Positions 46,018 to 55,626 of a DNA stretch of 64,000 nt are shown piece by piece. A program made the position numbers and the translations under genes. Within the stretch, counting starts at the first letter, position 1. The number at the start of each line of letters is the position of its first letter. The notes under the pieces were generated by a model. It did no database searches and was not told the origin of the DNA. It saw nothing but the letters and a program-made list of their open reading frames with translations. The stretch is from Chitinophagaceae bacterium (GTDB lineage: Bacteria; Bacteroidota; Bacteroidia; Chitinophagales; Chitinophagaceae), in contig JAYUOV010000001.1 in NCBI GenBank assembly GCA_043760535.1, positions 1,221-65,220 on the forward strand. Direction: 5' to 3'.

Positions 46018-46159
46018 GTCGTCATTGGCAGGAGGGGTTATTGCCCCGACGTGGCAACCCCCAGCTATTCGTTTTGGTGGTTTATTTATTATTCAAACAG
46101 GTCTTACATTTTCATGGGGATTGCCACAGCCGGCAAGAACCGGCTTCGCAATGACGGGC
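46018..46159. repeat. 142-bp composite palindrome between convergent genes
   Basis: The left arm is GTCGTCATTGGCAGGAGGGGTTATTGCCCCGACGTGGCAACCCCC. The right arm is GGGGATTGCCACAGCCGGCAAGAACCGGCTTCGCAATGACGGGC. The arms are homologous in inverted orientation, each has its own inner hairpin, and the right arm is followed by T8. Confidence 0.65.
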
Positions 46160-46207
46160 TTTTTTTTAAAACTAATCCTCATACGAAAAAGCGAAGAAAA
46201 AAATCTT

Positions 46208-46768
46208 TTATACCCTTGGTTTCCAGGCTATTTCGGCCACGCCGAGTAAGTGCCCGGCGTAGCGGCTTACCACAAATAAATAATCGCTGAGGCGGTTGAG
46301 GTATTTTATTACAAGGGGCTCCACAAAAATGTCGTGTTCCTGCATGTTAACACAAAGGCGTTCGGCACGGCGGCATACGCAGCGGCATACGTGTGCCTGG
46401 CTAATGCTTACATGGCCGCCGGGCAGTACAAAAAAACGCATGGCTGGCAGCACTTCGTTCATTTTGTCCATTTCTGTTTCCAGCAGTGTAACGTCTGCTT
46501 CTTTCAGGTCGGGTATTTTCATTAAGGGTTCCCGGTCCGGGTCGCAGGCAAGCGATGAACCAATGGTAAATAAACGGTCCTGAATTTCCTTTAATATCGT
46601 TCTGGTATGTTCATCTTTTAAATGGTCTGTTAGTAAACCGATATGGGAATTCAGTTCATCTACCGTGCCATAGGTTTCAATACGAATATGGCTTTTGGGC
46701 ACTTTAGTGCCGCCTATTAATGAAGTTTTTCCGAGGTCGCCTGTTTTGGTATATATTTTTAAAGCCAT
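46208..46768 (-). CDS. PduO-type ATP:cob(I)alamin adenosyltransferase
   Basis: IYTKTGDLGKTSL, YGTVDELNSHIGL and FVLPGG are typical of the PduO N-terminal domain family. Confidence 0.9.
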   Translation of the reverse strand: MALKIYTKTGDLGKTSLIGGTKVPKSHIRIETYGTVDELNSHIGLLTDHLKDEHTRTILKEIQDRLFTIGSSLACDPDREPLMKIPDLKEADVTLLETEMDKMNEVLPAMRFFVLPGGHVSISQAHVCRCVCRRAERLCVNMQEHDIFVEPLVIKYLNRLSDYLFVVSRYAGHLLGVAEIAWKPRV

Positions 46769-46775
46769 TTTTTTT

Positions 46776-46905
46776 AGTCAATGTCATTGGTCATTAAGGC
46801 AATGGTCATTATGTTTGGTAACAAAGTTAACAATGTAAGGTTCGGTATGTAGACACAACTGTTGTTTAAAAATTGACCTACTGACCTACTGACCCAATGA
46901 CCTCT
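46776..46905. repeat. inverted TGACC/GGTCA word arrays bracketing a 109-bp spacer
   Basis: 46776-46813 reads AGTCAATGTCATTGGTCATTAAGGCAATGGTCATTATG. 46868-46905 reads AAAATTGACCTACTGACCTACTGACCCAATGACCTC. The second array runs into the last 7 codons of the ABC gene. Confidence 0.7.
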
Positions 46906-47585
46906 TTAGTCGTATCTGTTTCAATAACGCCATCTCGCAGCCTTACTACCCGTTTGGCAAAAGCTGCTATATCTTCTTCGTGGGTTACCAGCACCACGGT
47001 GTTACCGGCGGCTTGTATGGCACTGAATATGTCCATAATTTCTACCGAAGTTTTACTGTCGAGGTTACCGGTTGGTTCATCTGCCAATATTATTGAAGGG
47101 TCGTTTACCAATGCCCGGGCAATGGCCACACGCTGGCATTGGCCACCGCTTAGTTCGTTCGGTTTGTGGTGGCTGCGGTCGGTAAGGCTTACTTTTTCCA
47201 GCATAGCCATGGCTTTTTCTATGCGTTCCTTTTTGGTGAAGCCAGCGTACACCAATGGCAGCGCCACATTTTCAACTGCTGTAAGCCTTGGTAATAAATT
47301 AAACTGCTGAAACACAAAACCAATTTCCTCGTTACGCACTCTGGCAAGGTCGTCATCGGCCATGCGGCTTACATCTTTTTGGTTGAGGATGTATCTGCCG
47401 CCGGTCGGGCTGTCGAGGCATCCAATAATATTCATGAGGGTGCTTTTGCCGGAGCCGCTTGGGCCCATCAAAGCCACATATTCATTTTTGTAAATGTCTA
47501 TCGAAATGCCTTTAAGCACCTGCAGTTCCTGGTTGCCCATGAAGTAGCTCTTCCGTATTTCTTCTATGTGAATGATGCCTTGCAT
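46878..47585 (-). CDS. ABC transporter ATP-binding protein (MacB/LolD/FtsE-like)
   Basis: [24 protein letters not shown] and [11 protein letters not shown]. Confidence 0.9.
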   Translation of the reverse strand: MQGIIHIEEIRKSYFMGNQELQVLKGISIDIYKNEYVALMGPSGSGKSTLMNIIGCLDSPTGGRYILNQKDVSRMADDDLARVRNEEIGFVFQQFNLLPRLTAVENVALPLVYAGFTKKERIEKAMAMLEKVSLTDRSHHKPNELSGGQCQRVAIARALVNDPSIILADEPTGNLDSKTSVEIMDIFSAIQAAGNTVVLVTHEEDIAAFAKRVVRLRDGVIETDTTKEVIGSVGQ

Positions 47586-47860
47586 TTAGATGTACGATTT
47601 AAAATTTGAATGTATGAAATTACAAATGTGTAAAACCCTGTTTTTCCATTGGGCCAGGCATTTGTACTGCTATTTTGCTACATTGGTTAGCGTTTTTAAT
47701 CCCGTAGCATTAAGAGACTCCTTTAAAATTTAGCACTACTATTTAACCGTATTAAAAAAAAATTGTGGAACAGTTATATCTTTTATCAACATACGCAATA
47801 AATGGCCGTCTCTCTAAACTATAAATTACGCATTTGACATCATTTACAAAAGCGTGGCTG

Positions 47861-48154
47861 TTACCTAGAAATTACCTTCGGTACCATAAAAAATGCCTCC
47901 GTATGGTTACCGGCATTTTGTAGGGCTTTAGCTCTAGTTACAGAGCCTTTTACTACGTCATTGCGGAGTTTATTTATTTCAAAACTCATGTGGCGTAAGG
48001 GTTCTACACCAGTGGTGTCTAACTCTTGCAGCTTTTCCACAAAGCCTATCATGTTCTCCAAATCCTGCCGGATGGCTTCTTTTTCGTCCCCATCAAACTG
48101 CAACATGCTCAGGTGTGCCAAATGATCTATCAGTTGGTTTGTTACTTGTACCAA
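47861..48154 (-). CDS. gatC: Asp-tRNA(Asn)/Glu-tRNA(Gln) amidotransferase subunit C
   Basis: IDHLAHLSMLQFDGDEKEAIRQDLENMIGFVEKLQELDTTGVEP is the GatC pattern. The track start is a TTG, so the exact start is uncertain. Confidence 0.8.
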   Translation of the reverse strand: MVQVTNQLIDHLAHLSMLQFDGDEKEAIRQDLENMIGFVEKLQELDTTGVEPLRHMSFEINKLRNDVVKGSVTRAKALQNAGNHTEAFFMVPKVISR

Positions 48155-48250
48155 TGTGTAATTTTTTGTAACAACAAAAGTAAAGGATAAGGTTCAGGGT
48201 TCAAGTGACAAGGTTAATGGTTCAATTTTTTTTAATTGTAAAAAGTTAAA

Positions 48251-48489
48251 TTTTAGAAATCTATATGCCTCGCAGTTTTGATTGTGTAGTTTTTATTTTT
48301 TGCATGCCCCGATGACTATCGGTTGCATTTTGCGGTGCAACTCACCGAAAGCCATGTCCTGATGGAGCAATATTGGCTAACGTATGTAACGCCGATACAT
48401 TACATTACTATATTCAACTGTGTGCTACTATCGGGCTTTTACACTGCTTATAATTTGCGATTTTATATTTCAGGGTAAGGAGTACTGAA
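48251..48489 (+). repeat. dispersed ~240-bp repeat, copy D
   Basis: CCTCGCAGTTTTGATTGTGTAGTTTTTATTTTTTGCATGCCCCGATGACTATCGG, CGAAAGCCATGTCCTGATGGAGCAATATTGGC, GCTACTATCGGGCTTTT and CAGGGTAAGGAGTACTGAA are collinear with copy B. Confidence 0.8.
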
Positions 48490-48569
48490 TTTACAATACT
48501 CAATAAAGTAACCCGAGTGTATGCTTTGCTACATTTGCATCCTAAAGCTTTACGCTTGAAACTTCACCT

Positions 48570-49186
48570 TTGATATTCGACTTCTTTTATATCGTCGATA
48601 TACTCGACATTTTTTCTTTTGCAGTATCTGGCACTTCCTCTGCCATGAGAAAAAATCTAGACATTTTCGGGGTACTGATTATTGCTTTTTTAACCTCAAT
48701 AGGCGGCGTAACTTTAAGAGATTTTTTAATAGGCAATACGCCTGCAGCTTCGCTCACCGATGCTATTACAATAAGTGTTACCATTGTAGCATTCGTGGGC
48801 ACCATTTGTTTTGGAACATTCATCAGAGAATTTAACCACACTCTTTTTTTGTTCGATTCTCTTGGGTTGGGGCTGTTTACGATTATAGGCATTCAAAAAG
48901 GGATTGAATACAATTTTCACCCGGCATTTGCGTGGCTCTTGGTACTGTTACCGGCTGCTTTGGCGGCATAGCAAGAGATATTTTATTAAATGAAATTCCA
49001 CTGATTTTTCGCAAAGAAATTTGTGCATCTGCTTGCATTGCAGGCGGAACTATTTTTTATTTGCTCAATGCTATTAACATAGAAGAAAAGCTGGCCCCAG
49101 ATAGTTTGTATTTCGGTCATCGTACTCATTCGTATTATTGCGGTGCGTTACAAACTATCGCTGCCATTATTCCAAAAAAAAAATAA
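48570..49186 (+). pseudogene. TRIC/UPF0126 (YadS-like) membrane channel gene with at least two frameshifts
   Basis: The first UPF0126 half (IGGVTLRDFLIG) is in frame 0. The second (CFGGIARDILLNEIPLIFRKEI) is in frame 2 from about 48930. The expected C-terminus VIVLIRIIAVRYKLSLPLFQKKK appears in a third frame from about 49100. Confidence 0.65.
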
Positions 49187-49195
49187 TACTAAAAA

Positions 49196-50089
49196 ATGGA
49201 ATTAAAAATATATCAGGTGGATGCATTTACCGACCACCTGTTTGGTGGAAACCCGGCTGCGGTAGTGCCTTTAAATAAATGGCTGCCTACAGAAACTATG
49301 CAAAGGCTGGCTATGGAAAACAACCTGAGCGAAACCGTATTTTTTGTGGCCCCGCTAAACCTCTTCAAAGACCCAGCTTTATATGCAAAAATTGCTGAGA
49401 AACAACCAATAGAACAGGGTTTCGAAAGCCCTTTAAGGGAGGGCAGTAAGGCTATGGCAGATTTCGACATTCGCTGGTTTACACCCCGCGTGGAAATAAA
49501 CCTTTGTGGACATGCAACACTGGCTGCCGCTTATGTGTTATTTAAAAACTTAGGCTTCGCAAAAGAAATCCTCACATTTAATTCTAAAAGCGGATTATTG
49601 AGCGTAGTGCAGCAGGGGGAAAACCTCATCATGGATTTCCCATGCTGGAAACCATCGCTAAGAACGGTGTATCCCCATTTATTACAGGCAGCTTTAGGCG
49701 GTGCTACTATAAAAGAAGTGCATCAGAACCGGGATTGGCTGGTAGTATTCGAAGATGAGGCTGCTGTAAAAAATTGCCAGCCAGATTTTAGTTTGATGAA
49801 GAAAATAGAAGAGAATATAATTATTACCGCCCAAGGCGATACTGTAGATTTTGTAAGCCGATTTTTTGCCCCAACTGCTGGTATAGATGAAGATGCGGTT
49901 ACCGGATCGGCACATAGCCAATTAATACCTTTTTGGAACGAAAAGCTGGGCAAAACTTCTATGACCGCCAAACAACTAAGCCACCGTGGTGGCGATTTAT
50001 TTTGCGCACAATTGAACAGCGAAAGAGTGTCTATCGGCGGCCAATGTGTGTTTTATATGGAGGGAACGCTTCAGATTTACGACTTTTAA
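49196..50089 (+). CDS. PhzF-family isomerase
   Basis: IYQVDAFTDHLFGGNPAAVV, FDIRWFTP..EINLCGHATLA and DAVTGSAH. Confidence 0.85.
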   Translation: MELKIYQVDAFTDHLFGGNPAAVVPLNKWLPTETMQRLAMENNLSETVFFVAPLNLFKDPALYAKIAEKQPIEQGFESPLREGSKAMADFDIRWFTPRVEINLCGHATLAAAYVLFKNLGFAKEILTFNSKSGLLSVVQQGENLIMDFPCWKPSLRTVYPHLLQAALGGATIKEVHQNRDWLVVFEDEAAVKNCQPDFSLMKKIEENIIITAQGDTVDFVSRFFAPTAGIDEDAVTGSAHSQLIPFWNEKLGKTSMTAKQLSHRGGDLFCAQLNSERVSIGGQCVFYMEGTLQIYDF

Positions 50090-50181
50090 TGTAGGATTTA
50101 CGATTTGCAAAAACCATTGCCTTACCGACTATTCACCAAATGACCTTCGCAAAGAAGATTTATAAATTTAAGACAATAAAC

Positions 50182-50478
50182 ATGGCCATTAATAAAGACG
50201 AAAGAAGATTTTTAAGGTATTGGGAAGAACAGCGAAAGGGTTCTAAGTTGGGTTACTATATCATGTACATTTCAATATGGTTTTTTACCGCAATGCTATG
50301 TCTGTTTTTTGTACTCAATAATTTTGTAACCTTCGGCAAAACAGATATCAAAGTACTGTATCTTATCATTGCATTATCCATAATAATTGCAGTGGGGTTT
50401 ACCCATTTTAATTATTGGCGAAATGAGAAAAAGTTTAAAACAATTATTAACCGAGAAGTGGGAGACTCCTTAATATAA
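50182..50478 (+). CDS. two-TM membrane protein, unknown function
   Basis: ORF with a basic N-terminus (RRFLRYWEEQRKGSK) and two hydrophobic helices. The start is uncertain (50140 or 50182). Confidence 0.4.
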   Translation: MAINKDERRFLRYWEEQRKGSKLGYYIMYISIWFFTAMLCLFFVLNNFVTFGKTDIKVLYLIIALSIIIAVGFTHFNYWRNEKKFKTIINREVGDSLI

Positions 50479-50676
50479 ATATTATATTAACCGTTTAGTT
50501 ATTTAGTGCTACCAATTTTTCTATGTTGCATGTAAATACTGGTGTACCTGCTTTTTATTATTTTTTCTATTGTTCGTAAATTTTTCTACGTCGTTTCGGA
50601 TCTATGCCTTTTTAATTAGGCTTTTATTGCCTGCAACGTTTGTCTTCAAATTTTGGGTAACATATTCTTGAGCATT

Positions 50677-50790
50677 TTATTCTGATATATATAGTAGAGT
50701 AAAAAATAATTCTATTCTTTCTTTATGTTCTTTTAGCCAAGCCTTTACTACTTTAGTTTTATGTGTCGGGTGTCCATCCACTACAAAAAG
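50677..50790 (-). pseudogene. fragment of an IS630/Tc1-like DDE transposase
   Basis: Reverse translation gives LFVVDGHPTHKTKVVKAWLKEHKERIELFFTLLYISE*. It resembles the xxDNxxxHxSxxVxxWLxxxxxxIELxFLPxYSPExN region. There is no intact ORF around it. Confidence 0.45.
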
Positions 50791-50877
50791 TATAAACACC
50801 CGGGGTGCAATAAAAAAGAAAGGGATGAGTAGTTACAAAGCTGTAACGATGCGTGTATTATGTGCTGAATAACATTG

Positions 50878-51627
50878 CTAAGAATAGATTTTCAACAGTT
50901 TTAAAACACTTTCTTTGAATCCACGGCTAATAGGTACTTCTGTTTGGCCAATCATAACAAAGTCGCTACCTATTTTTTCTAAAAAATTAATATTAACTAT
51001 ATATGAGCGATGGGTTTGTATGAAATGGTCTTGGGGCAAAGCCTTTTGAAAATCGGTGAGTGTGGAGCGGATGATGTGGCGACTATCGACAAAAGACAAC
51101 TCAAGGTAATTTTTAAAGGCCTCGATATATTGAATGTCTTTTATGAATATTTTTTTGAAAACCTCCTTATTTTTTATGAAAATTGCGTCATTTATCTCTA
51201 TTTCAGACTCCTTCTTTACAGATTCGGTAGTGTGCGTTCCTGTTCTGTTTTCATTATAGTTATTGAGTGCTATTTCTATTGTGGTGAATATATCCGCTTG
51301 CTTAAAAGGTTTTACCAAGTAGCCGTAAGGATTGGTACCTGCAGCAGTTTTAACAGTAGCAGAATCGCTAAGTGCTGTTAAAAAAATAAACGGGATTTTA
51401 TATTTTTTGTTAATCTGATCTGCTATCCATATACCATCTTTTTTACCACTGATATTAATGTCTAGCATCGCAAAATCAGTTTCGCCTTTTTCTAAAACGG
51501 CGATGGCTTCATCTGCAGACATAGCATCACCAGATACTTCGTATCCACTCTCTTCCAAGTAATCCCGTAGTAGGTCTAAAGTTACAAATTCGTCTTCCAC
51601 AATTAGGATGCGAACATTTTTTTCCAT
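50878..51627 (-). CDS. LytTR-family response regulator
   Basis: REC domain (ILIVEDE ... DFAMLDINISG ... YLVKPF) plus a C-terminal LytTR DNA-binding domain (IQYIEAFKNYLEL...HRSYIVNI). Confidence 0.9.
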   Translation of the reverse strand: MEKNVRILIVEDEFVTLDLLRDYLEESGYEVSGDAMSADEAIAVLEKGETDFAMLDINISGKKDGIWIADQINKKYKIPFIFLTALSDSATVKTAAGTNPYGYLVKPFKQADIFTTIEIALNNYNENRTGTHTTESVKKESEIEINDAIFIKNKEVFKKIFIKDIQYIEAFKNYLELSFVDSRHIIRSTLTDFQKALPQDHFIQTHRSYIVNINFLEKIGSDFVMIGQTEVPISRGFKESVLKLLKIYS

Positions 51628-51677
51628 AAATATTTTAATTTCTAAATATTGGGCTAATATAACATGTACTCAGTATC

Positions 51678-53669
51678 TTAAGTATTTTTTATGCAACGGA
51701 TGGTAAACACTGTTCCCGTATTAGTTGATACAAGGTCTAAAGTTCCCTTTATTTGTCTTACCAAGCCTCTAACTAAATTCATGCCTAATGTACTTGTTTT
51801 ATTTAAATCAAAATTAGCAGGCAAACCCATACCATTATCTTGAACAACAAAAACGAGATGCTTTTGCTCTTGACGGAATTGGATAAGGATTTCGCCCTTT
51901 GTGAGGTTAATAAAAGCATATTTATAGCAATTGGTTATCAATTCATTCATAATTAAACCTAAGGGGATTGCCATATCAATATCTACTGCAGAATCGTCAA
52001 TATCCAAAATGATTTTTATATCTTGAAGTTCGCTTTTCTGCGATTTTTCAATGTTTTTAGTGAGCATATTAAGGTAAGACTTGATTTCTATAGTGGTTAA
52101 ATTTTCAGATTGATATAAGTTTTGATGCACCAATGCGATTGAAAATACACGGTCTTGCCCCGCTTTCATTAGTTGTTTTGTAGGTACATCTTTAATTTGT
52201 CTGGCTTGTTTATCTAAAAGGCCCAATATGATTTGCAAGTTGTTTTTAACCCGATGATGTATTTCTTTTAATAGCGTCTCCTTTTCGCCCAGCGACTTTT
52301 CTAGCAAAGCTTTTTGTTGGGCTATGATTTCATTGTCTTTTTTGATACGGCTATAAAAGACTAAGCCTAATATAGTAAATATAACTAATGAAATAATAGC
52401 CCAATTACGCAGGTTTTTTTGAAGAAGCTTTTCTTCTTCCGAGGATTTTAATTGAGTAATATAACTATCCGCTTTAACACGTGATTCTATTTGCCAGAGT
52501 TTGCGTTTATCGTTGCGTCTACTGAGACTGTCTTTCATTTCATTAGCTAATTTCAAATATCGAAAAGCATTAGTATAGTCTTTTGTGGTTTCATAATATC
52601 TATAATAATTATCATAAAGCCTTAAAGGCTTGAAGTAATTGACCTCTTGTGAGAAATCAATATTCGATTTTAAAAATTCAATATTTTTGAGCAAGGGTTT
52701 TACCTCATCTACTTTCCCCAATTGTAATTTAATTCTAATTAGAACTTGTAGTGCATCGAAAGTGGCTACTGTTTTTTCTACATTTTTAAGGTCTTGTAGT
52801 GCTTTATATAAGTCGTGCCCTCTTTCTGCATACTTTTCACTTTCTTTAAAATTACCCATTTCTAGCATATATTGGGCTATATCTAACGAGGCCAAGCCTT
52901 GCCAAAAAATACCATACCAGTATTGAGGTTCTGCATATTTACTGTTCAGATTAAAATCGTATAGCTTCTCTGCATACGCTATCGCTTTGGGATAGTTTTT
53001 GGTTTCGGCATAAATCGCCTCAATGGTATTTAATATCATTGTAAATTCATGGGCGTTAATGTAGTGGCTTGCCATAGAAATCTTTTCAGCTTCTAATAAA
53101 CATTCCAACCCTTTTTCATAATCGCCTAAAGCATAAAAATTACAACCAATAATTTTTAATGTAGCAACTAAGTTGTATCGTTCTAGCTTGTTATAACCTA
53201 AGCGTTTTATTTGTTCAAAACATTTTAAAAAAGCTGAATACATATCCTGTTCTCCTAATTTTTTATCTCCAGAAACTGCAAAGGATTTATACCATTGTGC
53301 TACAATCAATTCTGCTTCTAATCCACTTTCTTCTGCAATTTTGACCATTTCCTTAATCGTTTTTGTACACTGTTCGGAATTATTAATCTTAAACTGTTCA
53401 GCAAAACGCAAATACTGATAGTGCCAAAAGAAAGTGACTTTACGATCATTATTGTTTAAAATAATGGGCAGAAGAGCTTCATAAGTTGCCTTGTTAAATT
53501 TTATGATATTACTGTCTGCAAGAAAATCAAGACGTTGGTCTGTGCTGGCTAGTTTTCGGAAGGATCCAATGGTGGCTGATGGTTGTGCATACGCTTCATG
53601 GGATAATAAAAAGAAAAGTAATAAAATTACTTTTTGCATTACAGAATTTAAAAATTTATTTTTATACAT
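51678..53669 (-). CDS. TPR-containing sensor histidine kinase (HisKA_2/HWE-like H-box)
   Basis: Signal peptide, TPR-like periplasmic repeats, one TM, a coiled coil, the H-box EIHHRVKNNLQII, and an HATPase_c domain (NELITNCYKYAF, DNGMGLP). Confidence 0.85.
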   Translation of the reverse strand: MYKNKFLNSVMQKVILLLFFLLSHEAYAQPSATIGSFRKLASTDQRLDFLADSNIIKFNKATYEALLPIILNNNDRKVTFFWHYQYLRFAEQFKINNSEQCTKTIKEMVKIAEESGLEAELIVAQWYKSFAVSGDKKLGEQDMYSAFLKCFEQIKRLGYNKLERYNLVATLKIIGCNFYALGDYEKGLECLLEAEKISMASHYINAHEFTMILNTIEAIYAETKNYPKAIAYAEKLYDFNLNSKYAEPQYWYGIFWQGLASLDIAQYMLEMGNFKESEKYAERGHDLYKALQDLKNVEKTVATFDALQVLIRIKLQLGKVDEVKPLLKNIEFLKSNIDFSQEVNYFKPLRLYDNYYRYYETTKDYTNAFRYLKLANEMKDSLSRRNDKRKLWQIESRVKADSYITQLKSSEEEKLLQKNLRNWAIISLVIFTILGLVFYSRIKKDNEIIAQQKALLEKSLGEKETLLKEIHHRVKNNLQIILGLLDKQARQIKDVPTKQLMKAGQDRVFSIALVHQNLYQSENLTTIEIKSYLNMLTKNIEKSQKSELQDIKIILDIDDSAVDIDMAIPLGLIMNELITNCYKYAFINLTKGEILIQFRQEQKHLVFVVQDNGMGLPANFDLNKTSTLGMNLVRGLVRQIKGTLDLVSTNTGTVFTIRCIKNT

Positions 53670-55140
53670 TCTTATTTATGTAAGTTAATAATATAATACC
53701 TACCCTATTTTTTAAACCTTTACAAAGATTTAAAGTTGATGCTTTACGGCAGGTTGAAATGAACTAGTGTAATATGATATTATTTATTGGAGTTCATAAA
53801 TCTAAAAACCCAAAAGAGTTAAATGGAATGTGCCAAATTACATTTTTGTGCTAAAAGTTGCGGTGCTTCAATCGCTATTAACTATATTCTTTTCCAAACC
53901 ACTCAAAACTCCACCCAAAAAAATAGGTTTCATGCTCTTTAACAAGCACATCAAGAAGTCAATTTCAATTTTATTTGGAAAAGCTTTGTTCATAACACCT
54001 AATGGCTGCTTGTGTAATACAATTTCGAAAACTAAGTGCTGAAATAGAGTACTACCAAGTAAAAGATTTTATTATAGTAATTGCAACAGTTACTATTATC
54101 GTTTGTATCTTAAAAGTTTAAACAAAATGGTATAAATCGGTAATAGATTTCTAAAGCTTTTTTTACATTTATTAATAGCACACATTCGGTGCGGCATACT
54201 ATTGTAAAGGCCGCTTTGTTTAACTGAAAATCAAGGTAAAGAATACGTGTACCAAATAATACCCAGCGTTCGTAGTGTATGAGTTGGTAGAGCGGTGTAT
54301 CGCATAACCTGGTCAAAAAGATTGCATACGGTTGCCATTTATTTATAATTTTCTAAGACCCCTCCACTACTTTTACTTGACCAGTTGTACACTATTATAG
54401 GCGCCACTTAGCCGTTTAATAAAACATTTACATATAAAATATTAAGGTTAGGATATTTGTGGGCAGAATTACCTCATATAGCGATTTGAAAATTGGGGAA
54501 AAATATGGGATAGTGTAGTAATGATACGTTGAAACCATGGCCAATTGGTGAATAGTAGTACCCACTTTTACAACTGCTGCTTTAGATTAAACCATTTAAA
54601 ATTATTGCAGTTAAAACTGTTTGATTTTCTATTCAAGCAACGCTCAATATTACAAGTCCATTTTGGCTTACATCAATGCCAATCTTCGAAATCCCTTTCG
54701 CTATGTTGTTTGCATTTGTAGAATATGTGGTCTTACTATCGTTTTTGGGTGATTTAGCTACAAACTCGATATCTTTTACTTAGGTTTTCTAATGGTTTCT
54801 AAAAAAATTTCTAAGTTAAAAAATTGCTGATACCTAATCTGGCTCAGCTGTATTAGATTGCTATTTATGCCTCACCGTAATTAATGTATAAACGAGTAGA
54901 AGTAGGGAGTTTTTTATATACGCATTTAAGCACAATGAGAGTAAAATATGTGTATTTCACGATTCTTGCCCGTATTTATTTTGCATATTTCTGTTTTTTT
55001 TGATAATAAGAAAAATACCTTACTATATACATTCGGGTGAAACTGAAATGGCTTTGAAAAATCAATTTCCTTACTTTGTGTATTTATTCGTCCTTCGTTA
55101 TCTAGGTTACCGAATCTTAATTTACATAAAATACTAGTAT

Positions 55141-55611
55141 ATGAAAAATATTTACATATCCATAATCATTCTTCTCGGCTTTATAAATGTTGTTTTAGCA
55201 GATAACACTGCAAAGGCTTATCTACAAAAAAATAATACACTTGCCATAAAAGTGATGAAAGAAAGTGGCATACCTGCAAGTATTACACTTGCTATAGCTT
55301 TAGTAGAAAGTGGTAATGGTACCAGCAGAATTTGCAAAAAAATGAATAATCATTTTGGGGTAAGAGGTAAAAATTCGGGCAAAATAAAATCCAGTTATAA
55401 GGAATTTGCAAGCACCGAAGCTGCTTACACTGACTTTGCCCGTATGATTTCAAATAAAAAATATTATCCCAAATTAAAAGGGCAGTTGAATGTAAAAAAA
55501 TGGGTGAATGCCATGAAGAGTAGTGGTTACAGCGAAGCCCCCGATATATGGGCCAAAAAAATTACCTCAACCATTTCGCTATACAAACTCACTGCATACG
55601 ATAAGGAATAA
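55141..55611 (+). CDS. secreted GH73 N-acetylglucosaminidase-domain protein
   Basis: GIPASITLAIALVESGNGTSRICKKMNNHFGVRG contains the catalytic Glu context of the glucosaminidase family. Confidence 0.7.
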   Translation: MKNIYISIIILLGFINVVLADNTAKAYLQKNNTLAIKVMKESGIPASITLAIALVESGNGTSRICKKMNNHFGVRGKNSGKIKSSYKEFASTEAAYTDFARMISNKKYYPKLKGQLNVKKWVNAMKSSGYSEAPDIWAKKITSTISLYKLTAYDKE

Positions 55612-55626
55612 TGTATTATTGCAAAC

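Noticed and set aside
45847-46290. 147-aa plus-strand ORF spanning the pepE end, the palindrome and the adenosyltransferase gene
   Set aside because: It overlaps two well-supported genes and a structured repeat. Its sequence is Arg/Pro-rich and has no family features.
53830-54316. Small ORFs 53830-54042 (+) and 54110-54316 (-) in the AT-rich gap
   Set aside because: They are short, rich in Phe/Ile/Lys/Leu as expected from AT-rich non-coding DNA, and one overlaps the tRNA-like fragment.
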